Shown here piece by piece: positions 23,871 to 35,031 of a DNA stretch of 48,591 nt (the stretch's first letter is position 1; every line of letters begins with the position of its first letter). Under the pieces are notes generated by a model. It ran no database searches and was not told where the DNA came from. It worked only from the letters and a program-made list of their open reading frames with translations. The stretch is from a virus (lineage: Duplodnaviria > Caudoviricetes), in the IMG/VR virus record IMGVR_UViG_3300012038_000021, positions 1-48,591 of that record; one strand, written 5' to 3'. The translations under genes were made by a program, and so were the position numbers.

Positions 23871-25160
23871 ATGTTTATTCCTAAAGTTTTCTATTCTCCT
23901 GATGCTGTTGGTGGAGCTGGTTCCCCAATTGGTCAGACCGATAAAACTGATAAAGAGATTTTGAATCAGGAGACTGATGATGCCATTCCCGATGAAGAAG
24001 TTTCCGATGGAGACGGAGGAGACGAAGAAGAAGACGAATCCGTTTCAGAAGATGAAGACGAAGAAAAAGAAGAAGAAGATGAAGAAGAATCCGATGATGA
24101 TGAAGAGTCTGATGGGACTGGGGATGAAGATTTAGAAGAAGATGATGAGGAAGATGTTGAGTCTCTTGCTCAATCTAATCTCTCTAAAGCTGTAAAGAAG
24201 ATTGCCCCTGAACTCTTTAAGAAAGTTCCCGGGTTAAGAGAAGCTCTCGAACGTGATAAACAGTTTGGAGAAGTATTCTCTACTCCAGAGGAAGCTAAAG
24301 TTGCTGCTAGGAATTCTGGCTTCTTAGCAGCAATGTATAACGATATTGCTTCTGGTGATGTGGAGAAGACCGGGAACTTTCTTAAGGCAATCGAGAATAC
24401 TAATAAAGAAGCCTTTGAGGATTTCTCTCATACTATTCTAGAATCCATCGGTAAACTTAATCCCCAATTGTATGGGGAAGTAATGTTAAAACCGATGAAG
24501 AAAGCGTTAATGGCTATGTACCATGACGCTTTAAAAACGGGCAATAAGAATCTTGCTGCCGTAGCTATTCATGCACATAACTATTGGTTTGATACGCAGG
24601 ATATTAAGGCTCCGTTAGAAGAGAGAAAGGCTACTAAGAAGACAAAAGAACAAGAAGATTGGGAGAAAGAGAAAGAAGAATTCGAGACTACCAAGTCTCA
24701 AGAATTTAAAGGTGCAATCACTGAAGTAGTCAATCATAGCATGAAGTTGTCTATTACGAAAGAACTCGATGGCATTAAACTTGACGATTACCAAAAGCGA
24801 AACATTATCCGAGACATCTTCACCGGAGTTGACGAGGTTCTTGGAAGCGACAAAAGATACCTCGGAGGAATCCAATCTCTTTTTGATCAGGCCAGAGGTT
24901 CCAAATACTCACCTGATTGGAAGTCTAGAATTGTTAAGGCTTATTTACAAAGAGCCAGACAAGCCTTACCAGGTGTTCGTAATAAAGTGTTGCGAGAAGC
25001 CGGAATCAGAGTGAAAGAGCAAAAGTCTGAGTCACGCCGACTTGTTCCTGCTGGGTTGGGTGGCAATAAAAGTGAAGATAAGATTGATTTCAGCAGAGTT
25101 GACCGTTCCAGAACAACTGATATGGACATCCTTAATGGGCGTCCAAAGTATCTCAAATAG
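23871..25160 (+). CDS. Probable scaffolding protein
   Basis: Between portal and capsid; very acidic N-terminus, helical body. Confidence 0.6.
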   Translation: MFIPKVFYSPDAVGGAGSPIGQTDKTDKEILNQETDDAIPDEEVSDGDGGDEEEDESVSEDEDEEKEEEDEEESDDDEESDGTGDEDLEEDDEEDVESLAQSNLSKAVKKIAPELFKKVPGLREALERDKQFGEVFSTPEEAKVAARNSGFLAAMYNDIASGDVEKTGNFLKAIENTNKEAFEDFSHTILESIGKLNPQLYGEVMLKPMKKALMAMYHDALKTGNKNLAAVAIHAHNYWFDTQDIKAPLEERKATKKTKEQEDWEKEKEEFETTKSQEFKGAITEVVNHSMKLSITKELDGIKLDDYQKRNIIRDIFTGVDEVLGSDKRYLGGIQSLFDQARGSKYSPDWKSRIVKAYLQRARQALPGVRNKVLREAGIRVKEQKSESRRLVPAGLGGNKSEDKIDFSRVDRSRTTDMDILNGRPKYLK

Positions 25161-25169
25161 GAGTTTAAC

Positions 25170-26429
25170 ATGGCTGTAGGCGGAACGCAGCTCCTCTCTG
25201 TTGAAATGGAGAAGGTTCGTAAGAAGCTCTCCATGCTCTACGAGTTGGAGTCTGCCAAGTTCTTTTCGACCGTAGAGAAGAAGGATACCGAAGTTATCTC
25301 GGAAAGAGATATGCGGATTCCTCTCGCTATTGGTCCGGGCGGATACTTCGGGTATTACAATCCCGATGGTGGAGATTTAGGGATTGGTGACGGCCAGACT
25401 TACGACAAGGCCGTAATCAATACCGTAAACTTCAAGCACGCAATTCAGTGGAACACAAAGGCTCAGTGGGGAACGGATGACTCACGGAAGTCTGTCATTA
25501 ACTTGTTCAAAGAGTTGATGGCAAAGGCTATGCCTGAGTTCCGTCGTCAGACTGAATCTCAGTGTATGACTGCTGGTAATGGAGTTCTCGGAACCATTAC
25601 TTCACTGTCAACCACGACGCTAACCAATGATACCTTAACCATGACGACTGATGGTTATGGTGTTAAGTTGCTTCGTAAAGGCCAGAGAATTCTGGTTTAC
25701 GATTCGGCTTTAGCTGCTGCTCGTTCAGCTACTCCAGCAAAGATCATTGGATATGACTTGGTTAACAAGCGTATTCAGCTGGATGCAACGATTGCTGCTA
25801 TTGCTCCGACTGACGTGGTATTACCAGAAGGATTAGCCGGTGCCAATCCGGTTGGACTCTTTGGTGTTCCTTATCACGTTCAGAACTCCACCGTTGGTAA
25901 TTGGTTAGGACTTCCGCGTGCAACAACGCCAGAAGTTCAGGCCAATCGAGTTAATGCTGCCGCTGCTGCATTGGCTCCTGCGTTTGCCCGTCGTGCAATT
26001 AATGCGATTGGCGATCGTTTAGGAATGGATAACAAGACTCCTCTTACTGCATGGATGCACCCCTGTCAGGTGCAGGCTTATGAAGCATTAGGCCAGCTTG
26101 TTTCCATCATCAACAAGGAAGCTTCGGAACAGGGGCTTAACTTGTTCTTCTCTGAGAACATGAGGTTGGCTGGTGCTCCTATCAAGCCTAACTTTGTGTG
26201 GAACAAAACTCGAATTGATTTCTTAACCAACGATCATTGGGGTCGAGCGGAATTGCATCCGATTGACTACTACACGGTCGAAGGTCGAAAGATTTTCGAG
26301 ATGCGCGGAGCTAGCGGTGGAGTTGCTACAAGCCAGATCTTTTACATTGTAGCATCGTGGAATCTCTTCTGCGATTGTCCACCGGCCCAAGCGTATATCG
26401 ACAATTTACTAGTTCCCACTGGCTACTAG
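25170..26429 (+). CDS. Major capsid protein
   Basis: 419 aa after scaffold, AGGAG RBS, followed by a terminator. Confidence 0.8.
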   Translation: MAVGGTQLLSVEMEKVRKKLSMLYELESAKFFSTVEKKDTEVISERDMRIPLAIGPGGYFGYYNPDGGDLGIGDGQTYDKAVINTVNFKHAIQWNTKAQWGTDDSRKSVINLFKELMAKAMPEFRRQTESQCMTAGNGVLGTITSLSTTTLTNDTLTMTTDGYGVKLLRKGQRILVYDSALAAARSATPAKIIGYDLVNKRIQLDATIAAIAPTDVVLPEGLAGANPVGLFGVPYHVQNSTVGNWLGLPRATTPEVQANRVNAAAAALAPAFARRAINAIGDRLGMDNKTPLTAWMHPCQVQAYEALGQLVSIINKEASEQGLNLFFSENMRLAGAPIKPNFVWNKTRIDFLTNDHWGRAELHPIDYYTVEGRKIFEMRGASGGVATSQIFYIVASWNLFCDCPPAQAYIDNLLVPTGY

Positions 26430-26447
26430 TACGATTGCGATAGCGAA

Positions 26448-26492
26448 GGAGTGGGGAGACGGGTGGCCATCCTTGTTTCCCCATCTCTTTTT
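26448..26492 (+). terminator. Intrinsic terminator after the capsid gene
   Basis: TGGGGAGAC...GTTTCCCCA followed by a T-run. Confidence 0.65.
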
Positions 26493-26507
26493 CAAAGTGA
26501 GGTTAAA

Positions 26508-26933
26508 GTGGAATTAGAAAATAGGTTACTAAAGCATCGCTATGTTGATTCAAACGGGTGTTGGAACTGGATGGGAAATAAGCAAGATGGTTATGGGAGA
26601 ATATCATATAAAGATAAAATGAGATTAGTTCATAGGTTAGCAGCATTTACTTGGTTAGATTTTGATTTAGATAGTAAGATTTTAGTATGTCATAAATGTG
26701 ACAATCCAAGTTGCTTTAATCCAGAACATCTATTTCTTGGCACTGATAAAGATAATATTAGAGATGCAGCTAATAAAGGTAGAATGGTTAATGAGCATAC
26801 CAATAAAACTCATTGTATGTATGGACATGAATTTGATGAAGAGAATACTTATCGATATGAGGGAAAACGATACTGTAGGACGTGTAAAAATAATAGAATG
26901 AAGGTTTATAATGACGCTGGTAGAAGTCTTTAA
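26508..26933 (+). CDS. HNH (homing) endonuclease
   Basis: [37 protein letters not shown]-terminal THCMYGH...CRTC; AT-rich. Confidence 0.9.
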   Translation: MELENRLLKHRYVDSNGCWNWMGNKQDGYGRISYKDKMRLVHRLAAFTWLDFDLDSKILVCHKCDNPSCFNPEHLFLGTDKDNIRDAANKGRMVNEHTNKTHCMYGHEFDEENTYRYEGKRYCRTCKNNRMKVYNDAGRSL

Positions 26934-27435
26934 CGAGCGACTAATTCAGTTGTATGGGTATGAACAACTTACTCAACAACCAAAATATCGTATTGTTTGG
27001 TCTGATGATCAAACAGAAAAGAGATATGGAAGTTATGATCTCTTATCTAAAGAATCAGGGATTTGGCTAGGTGTTAAGCAGGGCTTAGTAGAGATAAAGA
27101 AATACTGGTATCTTAAGGAGTGTTATTTACTCGAAAGAGTAGAAGCCAATCTCAACCGGCAGGATACATTATATGATAAGTGGACATACGAGCCGATACT
27201 TACTTTCCTTGACAAAGAGGACAATCCGTTACCTCTCAACTGGAGAGCTATTGAGTTTGCAATCAACCATATCGAAAAAGCTGAAAAGAGAATCCGAACA
27301 GAGAGTGAAGATCTTCAGGAAGAAGAAAAGAGTCTTGAAAAAGAAAGTGAAGTAGTCTATTCTCATTTAGACAAACCGGACCCGACTAAAGAACTACCCA
27401 CGTTTACTAACTCAACGTTAATACCAAAAGGATAA
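26911..27435 (+). CDS. Hypothetical protein (head region)
   Basis: 174-aa ORF. Confidence 0.7.
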   Translation: MTLVEVFNERLIQLYGYEQLTQQPKYRIVWSDDQTEKRYGSYDLLSKESGIWLGVKQGLVEIKKYWYLKECYLLERVEANLNRQDTLYDKWTYEPILTFLDKEDNPLPLNWRAIEFAINHIEKAEKRIRTESEDLQEEEKSLEKESEVVYSHLDKPDPTKELPTFTNSTLIPKG

Positions 27436-27439
27436 CAAA

Positions 27440-28075
27440 GTGCCTACTTCCACAGTCCTGAGCATATGTCCCTTCGAAACCATTGAAATCAAACCCATTG
27501 CAAGAGGATATTTTAAAATCCCCGCCGCCCCAAAAGACGATTTCGTTTTGGTACTCATTGAAGAGTCGTCTTACATACAGAGGCTTCCGGCAACGGATCA
27601 TAACATTGTTGTCCCTGTTGCTAGTCACCATATTGCTAAGTCTATTGTTGACGACTTTATTAATACTGTTATTGAGGCTAGCGATGAAGCTGGCCCTGGA
27701 ATGATGTGGTTCGACCACAAACTAACTAGAGAGCAAGTTCTTAAGGATCATTCTGAAGAACTTAAAGCTCTCTTTGAAAGACAGATTCAATGGTTCAAGA
27801 ATCTCTGCCGATTAGCAGATGATGACTGGAGCCAGTATAAAAAGATTGGATTGATTTCCGGCCACCAACGCTACGCGGCTCAGTATTTAGGTTACAAACC
27901 GGCTTGGTTGCCAGAGTACAATCCCAATTCTGGGCTGATTGATTGCCCGGCTTGCTTCTCTAAGATTGATGCCAGAGCAGTTATTTGTATTAGCTGCAAG
28001 GCTGTGCTTGACAAGAAGAAGGCTTTGGAGTTTGGCATTATTGTCGAACAGCCAAAACCTTTAGCAAAGGTATAA
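27440..28075 (+). CDS. Hypothetical protein with C-terminal Zn ribbon
   Basis: CPAC...CISC. Confidence 0.7.
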   Translation: MPTSTVLSICPFETIEIKPIARGYFKIPAAPKDDFVLVLIEESSYIQRLPATDHNIVVPVASHHIAKSIVDDFINTVIEASDEAGPGMMWFDHKLTREQVLKDHSEELKALFERQIQWFKNLCRLADDDWSQYKKIGLISGHQRYAAQYLGYKPAWLPEYNPNSGLIDCPACFSKIDARAVICISCKAVLDKKKALEFGIIVEQPKPLAKV

Positions 28076-28076
28076 C

Positions 28077-28736
28077 ATGGCTCTCTTAGCATCAGAAGTA
28101 ATGGATCGTTCGAGAGCAATTCTTAATGATGTGGTAGGAGATCTCTACACAAACGTAGTTCTCATTCCATATCTTAAGATTGCTAACGATGATCTTTCTG
28201 ATGAACTAGTAGACAACGGCTCAACCGTTTCCAAAGAAATATCCCAAGCCATTCCTCTTTCCGCTGGAGGAACTCAACCAGCTTTGCCTAATGATATTAT
28301 TGTTCCTATTGAAATCTATGAAAAAGATTCTGGTCAAGATGATTCATATTATAGATACATGGAACAACGACCATTCCTTCCTAACATTCTACCCGGTAGA
28401 GAGTTAAGTGTTTGGTCATGGCGAGAACAGGCAATCAATGTTCTTGGTTCTAACCAGAACAAAGTACTTCGAATCCGTTACTACCGTCTCATCACTCAGG
28501 TATCTGGTGAGAATAGTAACATTGAATTAACTCATGCTCTAAACTATCTGGCTTACCACACAGCCGCTTTAGTGTCAGAACATGTTGGACAGAACCGAGC
28601 CAAGGCGATTGACTTGGAAAGTGTAGCCGCAGTAAAGTTATCAAAGTTACTGAAGAAAGAAGTGAAGCAGACTCACTCTAAGGCTACACGACGTAAGCCT
28701 TTCCGACTTAACAGATACATTACTTTTACGAGGTAG
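28077..28736 (+). CDS. Probable head-tail adaptor
   Basis: Size, helical N-terminus, LPND motif and position before the nozzle-sized gene. Confidence 0.6.
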   Translation: MALLASEVMDRSRAILNDVVGDLYTNVVLIPYLKIANDDLSDELVDNGSTVSKEISQAIPLSAGGTQPALPNDIIVPIEIYEKDSGQDDSYYRYMEQRPFLPNILPGRELSVWSWREQAINVLGSNQNKVLRIRYYRLITQVSGENSNIELTHALNYLAYHTAALVSEHVGQNRAKAIDLESVAAVKLSKLLKKEVKQTHSKATRRKPFRLNRYITFTR

Positions 28737-28740
28737 GACA

Positions 28741-29103
28741 ATGGCAGAAGCAAAGGTAACTTTCACGACTGGTGACGTTTGGGATGATGGCAAAAGGATT
28801 CATGCCATTGGACGTTTAACAGTTGCTCCTGGTGCTGATACTTACGTTACTGGTGGCAATGCTTTTAACGTATTAGCTAATACAGTTGATGGAGCCGGAT
28901 TAGGTGTTCCTCTACCAGTTGTTCAGCAACAGCCAGTCTGGATGAACGCTGTTGGTGGTGCTTACTTTGGTCAATATCTACCAGCCACACAGAAGATGAA
29001 GTTTTCTGCCATTGTTGGTGGTGCAGAAGTAGCTGCTGGTGCTGTTCCTGCTCCACTCTCAGGAGATACAATCAACGCTTACTTCATATTCAAGAAGTTC
29101 TAA
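28741..29103 (+). CDS. Small virion structural protein
   Basis: G/A/V-rich (DTYVTGG...GAEVAAG). Confidence 0.55.
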   Translation: MAEAKVTFTTGDVWDDGKRIHAIGRLTVAPGADTYVTGGNAFNVLANTVDGAGLGVPLPVVQQQPVWMNAVGGAYFGQYLPATQKMKFSAIVGGAEVAAGAVPAPLSGDTINAYFIFKKF

Positions 29104-29124
29104 CAGTAGTTGGTGGAACTGCGT

Positions 29125-31041
29125 ATGCCTCCCACTAAAAGAACAGGTCTTCGGGATCACGAACAGATTCCGATTAACCAATGGAAGGGCCTATACTTCA
29201 ATGGTATAGATGACGCAGTTCCACCTGGCTACTTCATCGACAGTTTGAACACTTCTTTTGAACAGATAGAGGTTCGGACGCGGGATGGATTTACAAAGAT
29301 CTTTGACTTACCAAACATCAGGAGATTCTTTGTCTATAAGAGACTCAATGAGACTTCCCGTTACTTGATACTCGATACTAATGGCTCTCTTTGGGATTCT
29401 CTCTATGGTTCTCCATTAGTAACTAACGCAGCGTTCAAAGACTTCAGTGCGCTTAACTACCTTAATCGCGCTTATATTACTTTCCATGATAGGGTATCTG
29501 GTATTGAAGGTACGAACGTACAAGTTTATGAAGGCGAGGGACCGGGAACTTTACGAGCCGCTGGTGGAACTCCTCCAACTGGTTTTACTCTTGTTGGTTC
29601 TACTTCTGTTAACTCTGGTGATTTAGGCTTAGGAACTTATTTAATAGCGGTTTGCTATGAAACATCAACTGGATTCATTACAGCACCCGGACCTGAAACT
29701 TTTGCTGTGTGGGATTCTCCTGGTGGCTTTAAGCTTAATGTAGATGGGATTGGAATTGGGCCTTCAGGAACTATTGCAAGACGGTTGCTTATTACTAAGT
29801 CCATCCCACCGGGACTTTACACAGGGAATCAATTTGGCTACGAGTTCTTCTTTTGTCCGAACGGAAGAATCTTTGATAATTCCACTACCTTCCTACATGA
29901 CATTAACTTCTTCGACGATGACCTTATTGACTCAGCGGATTACTTATTTGACTCCAGAAACACAATCCCATGTGGATTAGGTTTAACTATCTATAACAAT
30001 AGGATGGCCCTGTGGGGTGTTCCAGCTTTTGAACATTATGTATTCTTTTCAGCGGCTATCTTTGTTGAGAACTTTGACCAAACTGGTGGTTTACTATTCC
30101 TTGATCCTTCTGATGCAATCTCATCTATTAAGAATGTGGTTGACCATGAGACCTCTTTACTCATTCAAACGCAAGACAGAACGTATATTACTGTTGATAA
30201 TGGTAATGATCCTGATAGCTGGCGTTGCGACCCTCTCGACAAAGCAATAGGTGCCGAGTGCTTCTCTGTTTCAAAGATTTTAGATTCGCGAGGAACCAGT
30301 GTCAAACGATTCTTCCAAGGGGACAAATCAGGAATATATTGTTATGAAGGTGGGGGATTTGCGGACCCTCCTTTTTCAGATAATATCGCAGGAGTCTGGG
30401 CCAGAATTAATAAGAAAGAGTTTAATAAAGTCCAACTTGTTGATGACCCGGAAGCGAAGTTACTCTATGCCTCGGTCCCATTAGATATTGCTACTGAGTG
30501 TTCACATATTCTTGTTGGTGACTATAACAATGCTTTCAATCGCTACGGCCAGTTAGTAGGAACATTAGTCCGATGGAATCTCTGGGCATTTCCTTGGTCC
30601 GTTACTTCCATTGTAGCAGATAGTAATTTAGATGCTGAAACTGTATTCAAACAATCAGGTTTCTCAGGACATATTTATGAGCAGGATAAGTCAGTAGTTC
30701 TTGACCACGGAACTAGAATTACTTCATATATTCAAACTCACTTACTAAAGACTAAGGGTTACTTTGTTAACCATTTTGGATTCTTAGAAGCAAGAGTAGA
30801 AGGAGTCGGCTATTTCAATATCTATCTCTACGGAACTAATAATGAGAAGATAATGAATCCTCCTCGTTGGACATTAAAAGAAACTCCCAATCTCTATTAC
30901 CAAAAACTCATTAACTTTGTTGATACTAAGATGTCTGTAAAGTTAATGAGTAATCTCAATGCAGGAGAAAGATTCACTCTGTTTGAAATGTCAGTGGATG
31001 CTAAATCTCTCTGGGCAGAAACGCCTAGAATCGTTGAGTAA
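29125..31041 (+). CDS. Probable tail nozzle/stabilisation protein (P22 gp10 / T7 gp12-like position)
   Basis: 638 aa, beta-rich, follows the adaptor. Confidence 0.6.
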   Translation: MPPTKRTGLRDHEQIPINQWKGLYFNGIDDAVPPGYFIDSLNTSFEQIEVRTRDGFTKIFDLPNIRRFFVYKRLNETSRYLILDTNGSLWDSLYGSPLVTNAAFKDFSALNYLNRAYITFHDRVSGIEGTNVQVYEGEGPGTLRAAGGTPPTGFTLVGSTSVNSGDLGLGTYLIAVCYETSTGFITAPGPETFAVWDSPGGFKLNVDGIGIGPSGTIARRLLITKSIPPGLYTGNQFGYEFFFCPNGRIFDNSTTFLHDINFFDDDLIDSADYLFDSRNTIPCGLGLTIYNNRMALWGVPAFEHYVFFSAAIFVENFDQTGGLLFLDPSDAISSIKNVVDHETSLLIQTQDRTYITVDNGNDPDSWRCDPLDKAIGAECFSVSKILDSRGTSVKRFFQGDKSGIYCYEGGGFADPPFSDNIAGVWARINKKEFNKVQLVDDPEAKLLYASVPLDIATECSHILVGDYNNAFNRYGQLVGTLVRWNLWAFPWSVTSIVADSNLDAETVFKQSGFSGHIYEQDKSVVLDHGTRITSYIQTHLLKTKGYFVNHFGFLEARVEGVGYFNIYLYGTNNEKIMNPPRWTLKETPNLYYQKLINFVDTKMSVKLMSNLNAGERFTLFEMSVDAKSLWAETPRIVE

Positions 31042-32459
31042 TGGCTAACGAGAACGCGATTCGCAATTTAATACGAATCGAGGATAAATCTAATCCTACT
31101 CTGTTTCGTGCTCTCCAGTTGATGATTGATGATTTATATACTGTTCATAATAAGGTATTTCCACCTAAAGTAATTGGAGGAGTTGACCAAGGCGGAATCA
31201 TTAAACCGTTAGGAGCGGTTCAGAACTTTAATGGGGTGGCCTACCCCGATAATCTTAGACTTGATTGGGATGACTTACCAGGAGCTTTTCGTTACCACAT
31301 TAAGATGGGTAGCGATTGGGATACTGCCAAGCATATTGTACTTACTGCTACTGATGTTGCTAATGTCGATCCTGTTTGGTTAAACTTGGTATATGGTACT
31401 TATCAATTTTTAATTAGGGCAATGAACCTAGAAAGTGAGTTGGGAGACTCGGCAGCAGCAACATTAATTATCCCAACAATACCTCCACCAGAACTTGCAG
31501 TAGAAGTAGTTGTTTCGACAGTATTATTAAGATGGACTGTTCCAGCTTCAGCTTGGAGAGTTGACCATTACATAATCTATAAGGATAACGTTCCGATTGG
31601 TGCAATCAACGGAACCTTTAAACTGATTCAGGAACAAGTAGGTGGTTCGTATGGCTACTCTGTGGAAGCAGTTGACATTGTTGGTAATGTTTCTACTAGG
31701 TCGGCCACTCAAGTTGTAGATTTACACGATCCATCAGAGTTTGAATTTGTTGATGAGTTACAAGCAGACTATACTGGAATTTATGACCATACTCAATCAC
31801 TAGTTATTGATGGGTTAGTAGGAGTTCTTGGCCCAATTTGGCCTGATAAGACTTGGGAAGAACATTATGTAGATTTTGGATTCATTTCTCCACAAGACCA
31901 AGTTGATAAAGGTTATCCACTTTACTGGCAACCAGCTTACAATGGAGTAGGATCTTATGAAGAAGTATTTGATTTCGGACAGATTCATGAAGAACTAAGC
32001 ATTGTTATAGATTATAATAAGCAGCAATTATATGGTTCTACTAATATTACTACTGAGTTTTCCTATTCTGATGATGGAATAACTTACACTACTCCGGTAG
32101 TTGGAAATGGTGCTCTTGCTCCATCCTTTAGATATGTTAAAATAAAGTGGATTTTTACTAATATTGATGATGTATCAGCCGCTTTCATTTCTAATCTAAA
32201 AGTAGTTCTCAATGTTACTCTTACTATCGACTCTGGTTCTATTGATTGTTTTGCGACTGATGCGGGTGGTACGTTGGTAACTTACAATAAGGTATTCACA
32301 GGTATTTCATCTGTAACGGCAACGGCAGCTACTTCCTTACAACCTCTCTATGCTGTTTGTGATGCTGTTAATAAAGATAACTTTAGAATTTTAGTATTTG
32401 ATTCATCTGGTCATAGGATAAATTCTACGATTGACTGGAAAGCTAGGGGAGTAATTTAG
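31041..32459 (+). CDS. Tail-associated protein with FN3-like repeats
   Basis: LRLDW...YQFLIRAMN; LLRWT...YSVEAVD.VGN. Confidence 0.6.
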   Translation: MANENAIRNLIRIEDKSNPTLFRALQLMIDDLYTVHNKVFPPKVIGGVDQGGIIKPLGAVQNFNGVAYPDNLRLDWDDLPGAFRYHIKMGSDWDTAKHIVLTATDVANVDPVWLNLVYGTYQFLIRAMNLESELGDSAAATLIIPTIPPPELAVEVVVSTVLLRWTVPASAWRVDHYIIYKDNVPIGAINGTFKLIQEQVGGSYGYSVEAVDIVGNVSTRSATQVVDLHDPSEFEFVDELQADYTGIYDHTQSLVIDGLVGVLGPIWPDKTWEEHYVDFGFISPQDQVDKGYPLYWQPAYNGVGSYEEVFDFGQIHEELSIVIDYNKQQLYGSTNITTEFSYSDDGITYTTPVVGNGALAPSFRYVKIKWIFTNIDDVSAAFISNLKVVLNVTLTIDSGSIDCFATDAGGTLVTYNKVFTGISSVTATAATSLQPLYAVCDAVNKDNFRILVFDSSGHRINSTIDWKARGVI

Positions 32460-33229
32460 TGTTCATTCGCTATAATGAAGCATTAGATTTTTGGGAGTAT
32501 GATACCTCTGCTGGTCAAGATGGTTCTGGACCGTGGTCTGTTTTGCCTATTGATTATGCTAAGATAAATAATCTTCCAATTATTCCACCACCCTACACAT
32601 TACCAGCAAATGTTGCTCTTAAAGATGTAACTAATATTTTTACTCAATCTCAGAAAATTGAAAAAGCTGTTACTCCATCTTTACAATTTTCTGATATTAC
32701 TCAACCAACTGATTTAGCTAAATTTAATATAACTAATTTTTCACAGGAATTATTTTTACAAGCTGTTAATGGTGCTGAAAATATTCAAACTGGAGCTTTA
32801 ACTATTACCAGAACGGGTGATGGTTCTTTTACTGGTACTATTAGAGAACGTCAGAGAACTGTTGCACTTGGTGAATGGATTAATGTTCCTTATAATGCTG
32901 GTAATTATACAGGTCTTGGTGGTACTTGGACAGTTAGTGCTGGAGCTATTCTTGAAAATAGATATACATTAATTGGAAAAACAGGAATATATGTTTTTAT
33001 ATTAAATGCTTCTACTACAGATGGAAATGTAGGTCAGCTTGCAATTAAAAATCCAATGCCGGGTGCTACTGGATATGCAATAACAATGGCTAGAATGGGA
33101 ACGGCAGATGTAATAACTGCATATGCTAATAATGGAGATAATAATATTTATATGATTCGTCCCGGATTTGTTAATTTTCCAACTTCTACTGGATCTCTTT
33201 GGTTTTCGATAGTAATGAATGTAGGGTAA
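32459..33229 (+). CDS. Tail fibre/spike-like protein
   Basis: N.FT..Q motif, GEWINVPY...RYTLIGKT C-terminal pattern. Confidence 0.6.
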   Translation: MFIRYNEALDFWEYDTSAGQDGSGPWSVLPIDYAKINNLPIIPPPYTLPANVALKDVTNIFTQSQKIEKAVTPSLQFSDITQPTDLAKFNITNFSQELFLQAVNGAENIQTGALTITRTGDGSFTGTIRERQRTVALGEWINVPYNAGNYTGLGGTWTVSAGAILENRYTLIGKTGIYVFILNASTTDGNVGQLAIKNPMPGATGYAITMARMGTADVITAYANNGDNNIYMIRPGFVNFPTSTGSLWFSIVMNVG

Positions 33230-33235
33230 ATTTGA

Positions 33236-34639
33236 ATGGCTAACTGGAATTTACCAACTCCTGCATCTGGATACATTAATTTTGTATCTGAGATGAATGA
33301 TAAAATAGCCGATGCTGGCAAATTGAATTTTGGCAATCCTATTAATTTGCCAGATAATGCGATGCGTTTCAATCGCTCTCTTAATAATTTTCAGGAGTGG
33401 CTTGCTGGAGCTTGGTTTGATAAATCTATATCTGTTTATGGCGGAGGAACTGGTGCTGTTAATCCTGAAGGTGCAAGAATCAACTTAGGTTTGGGTAGCA
33501 TGGCTACTCAGAATGCTAATGCAGTAGCTATTACTGGTGGATCTATTACTGGTGTTGCAGTTGATATTAGTTCTGTTACTGGTATTGTTGCACTATCAAA
33601 AGGTGGAACCGGCTCAGCATTAGCATTAGGTTCTCAAGGGTCTGTTTTAATGTCCTATGGAGGAATAACTCAGTTTGTTACTGGAGCGGCTATTGCTGAA
33701 CTTAATGCTAGTAATTTAACAGTAGGAACAGTTCCTGCTGCAAGATTATCAGGAGTAGCTTTTCTTAATATTCCTAATATATTTACTAATAATAAAAATA
33801 CCTTTACAGGAGATGGAACAAAAGAAGCTTTTACTCTTCAGGCTAGCTATCCTATTATTAATTTTTTTAATCCAACTATAGGTCTTAATGAGAAATATGT
33901 AAGATTTTGGTATGCTGGTACAGAACTTCTTATTCAAGCATTAGATGATGCTTATACTACAGCGCCAACAATTTTCTCAATTAATCGTAGTGGAATAGTA
34001 ACATGTTATGGTGGGTCTATTCATAGTCTTAATGCCGCTAATTTAGCTTTTGGATTTGTTCCTACAGCAAGATTAGGTACTGGTGCTGCTAATACTTCTA
34101 CTTTTTTAAGAGGTGATGGAACATGGGCTGTTCCTCCTGATGTTGTTGGTGGTGGAGCAACTGGAGCATTTGTTCCTTCAGGAATGATTGCACTATTTGA
34201 TACTAACTGTCCAGTCGGATGGACTCGTTATTCTGCATTAGATAATAGGTTTCCATTAGGTAGTTCAGGAGCCGGTGGAGTTGGTGGTTCTAATGATCAC
34301 TCACATTCATTTGATGTAACTTCTGCTGGTGGTGGCAATCACGATCATTCATTTGGTGGTTCATTTGGTGGTTCAGGTTCTGGTAGTGGTAACTTTGGTG
34401 GAACTACTGGTGGACCTTCTAATTCTTCAACGGCTGATGCAGGTGGAAGTTTTGATGCAGGTAGAGGTGATCATACCCACGGATACAATGTTGCTGTTAA
34501 TCTTAATGTAAACGTAACTACCAATATTGATGGAAGAACTGGTGCTGGTGGAGATCATTCACATAGAGTAGCAGGCGGAACAGGTGGAGCGAATCATATT
34601 CCTCCCTACTTCACAATGGTTTTCTGTCGTAAAGATTGA
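33236..34639 (+). CDS. Tail fibre protein
   Basis: GGTGA, GTVPAARL, TFLRGDGTW, collar-like MIALF...CPVGW, repeated HxH, terminal PPYFTMVFCRKD. Confidence 0.75.
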   Translation: MANWNLPTPASGYINFVSEMNDKIADAGKLNFGNPINLPDNAMRFNRSLNNFQEWLAGAWFDKSISVYGGGTGAVNPEGARINLGLGSMATQNANAVAITGGSITGVAVDISSVTGIVALSKGGTGSALALGSQGSVLMSYGGITQFVTGAAIAELNASNLTVGTVPAARLSGVAFLNIPNIFTNNKNTFTGDGTKEAFTLQASYPIINFFNPTIGLNEKYVRFWYAGTELLIQALDDAYTTAPTIFSINRSGIVTCYGGSIHSLNAANLAFGFVPTARLGTGAANTSTFLRGDGTWAVPPDVVGGGATGAFVPSGMIALFDTNCPVGWTRYSALDNRFPLGSSGAGGVGGSNDHSHSFDVTSAGGGNHDHSFGGSFGGSGSGSGNFGGTTGGPSNSSTADAGGSFDAGRGDHTHGYNVAVNLNVNVTTNIDGRTGAGGDHSHRVAGGTGGANHIPPYFTMVFCRKD

Positions 34640-34647
34640 GGTGGCCA

Positions 34648-35031
34648 ATGCGTAAGTTAGAGTTTAGAAACGATGACGAAAGTAAGAAGCGTTTTGAAGT
34701 ATTGTTTCATGGTTTAATTGTAACCGGAAATACTAACACTAATAAAGGTTTAACTGTTCTCAATCGAGAGATTAATCTTCTGGATAAGTTAGAAAGTATT
34801 TCTTTACCCTGTGAATGTGGTAAGAAACTACCAGGTTTGGATGAGCCTGATAGAGAATTAAACTTTGGTGATGATCCTGTTCTGGCAATAGGTATTGACG
34901 ATCCAGAGTTTGACTTACTCTATGACTATGTAGGAAAAGTTCCTTGGTCAATTGGTCAGCCGGCTCGATTAGCATTAAAGACTTTAGCATGGTTAAAGAA
35001 TCCAGGTTCCAATGGAAGTTCGTCCAGCTAA
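34648..35031 (+). CDS. Hypothetical protein (possible fibre chaperone)
   Basis: Follows the fibre gene. Confidence 0.55.
   Translation: MRKLEFRNDDESKKRFEVLFHGLIVTGNTNTNKGLTVLNREINLLDKLESISLPCECGKKLPGLDEPDRELNFGDDPVLAIGIDDPEFDLLYDYVGKVPWSIGQPARLALKTLAWLKNPGSNGSSSS

Noticed and set aside
32459-34639. Diversity-generating retroelement or shufflon acting on the fibres
   Set aside because: No reverse transcriptase, template/variable repeat pair or invertase seen.
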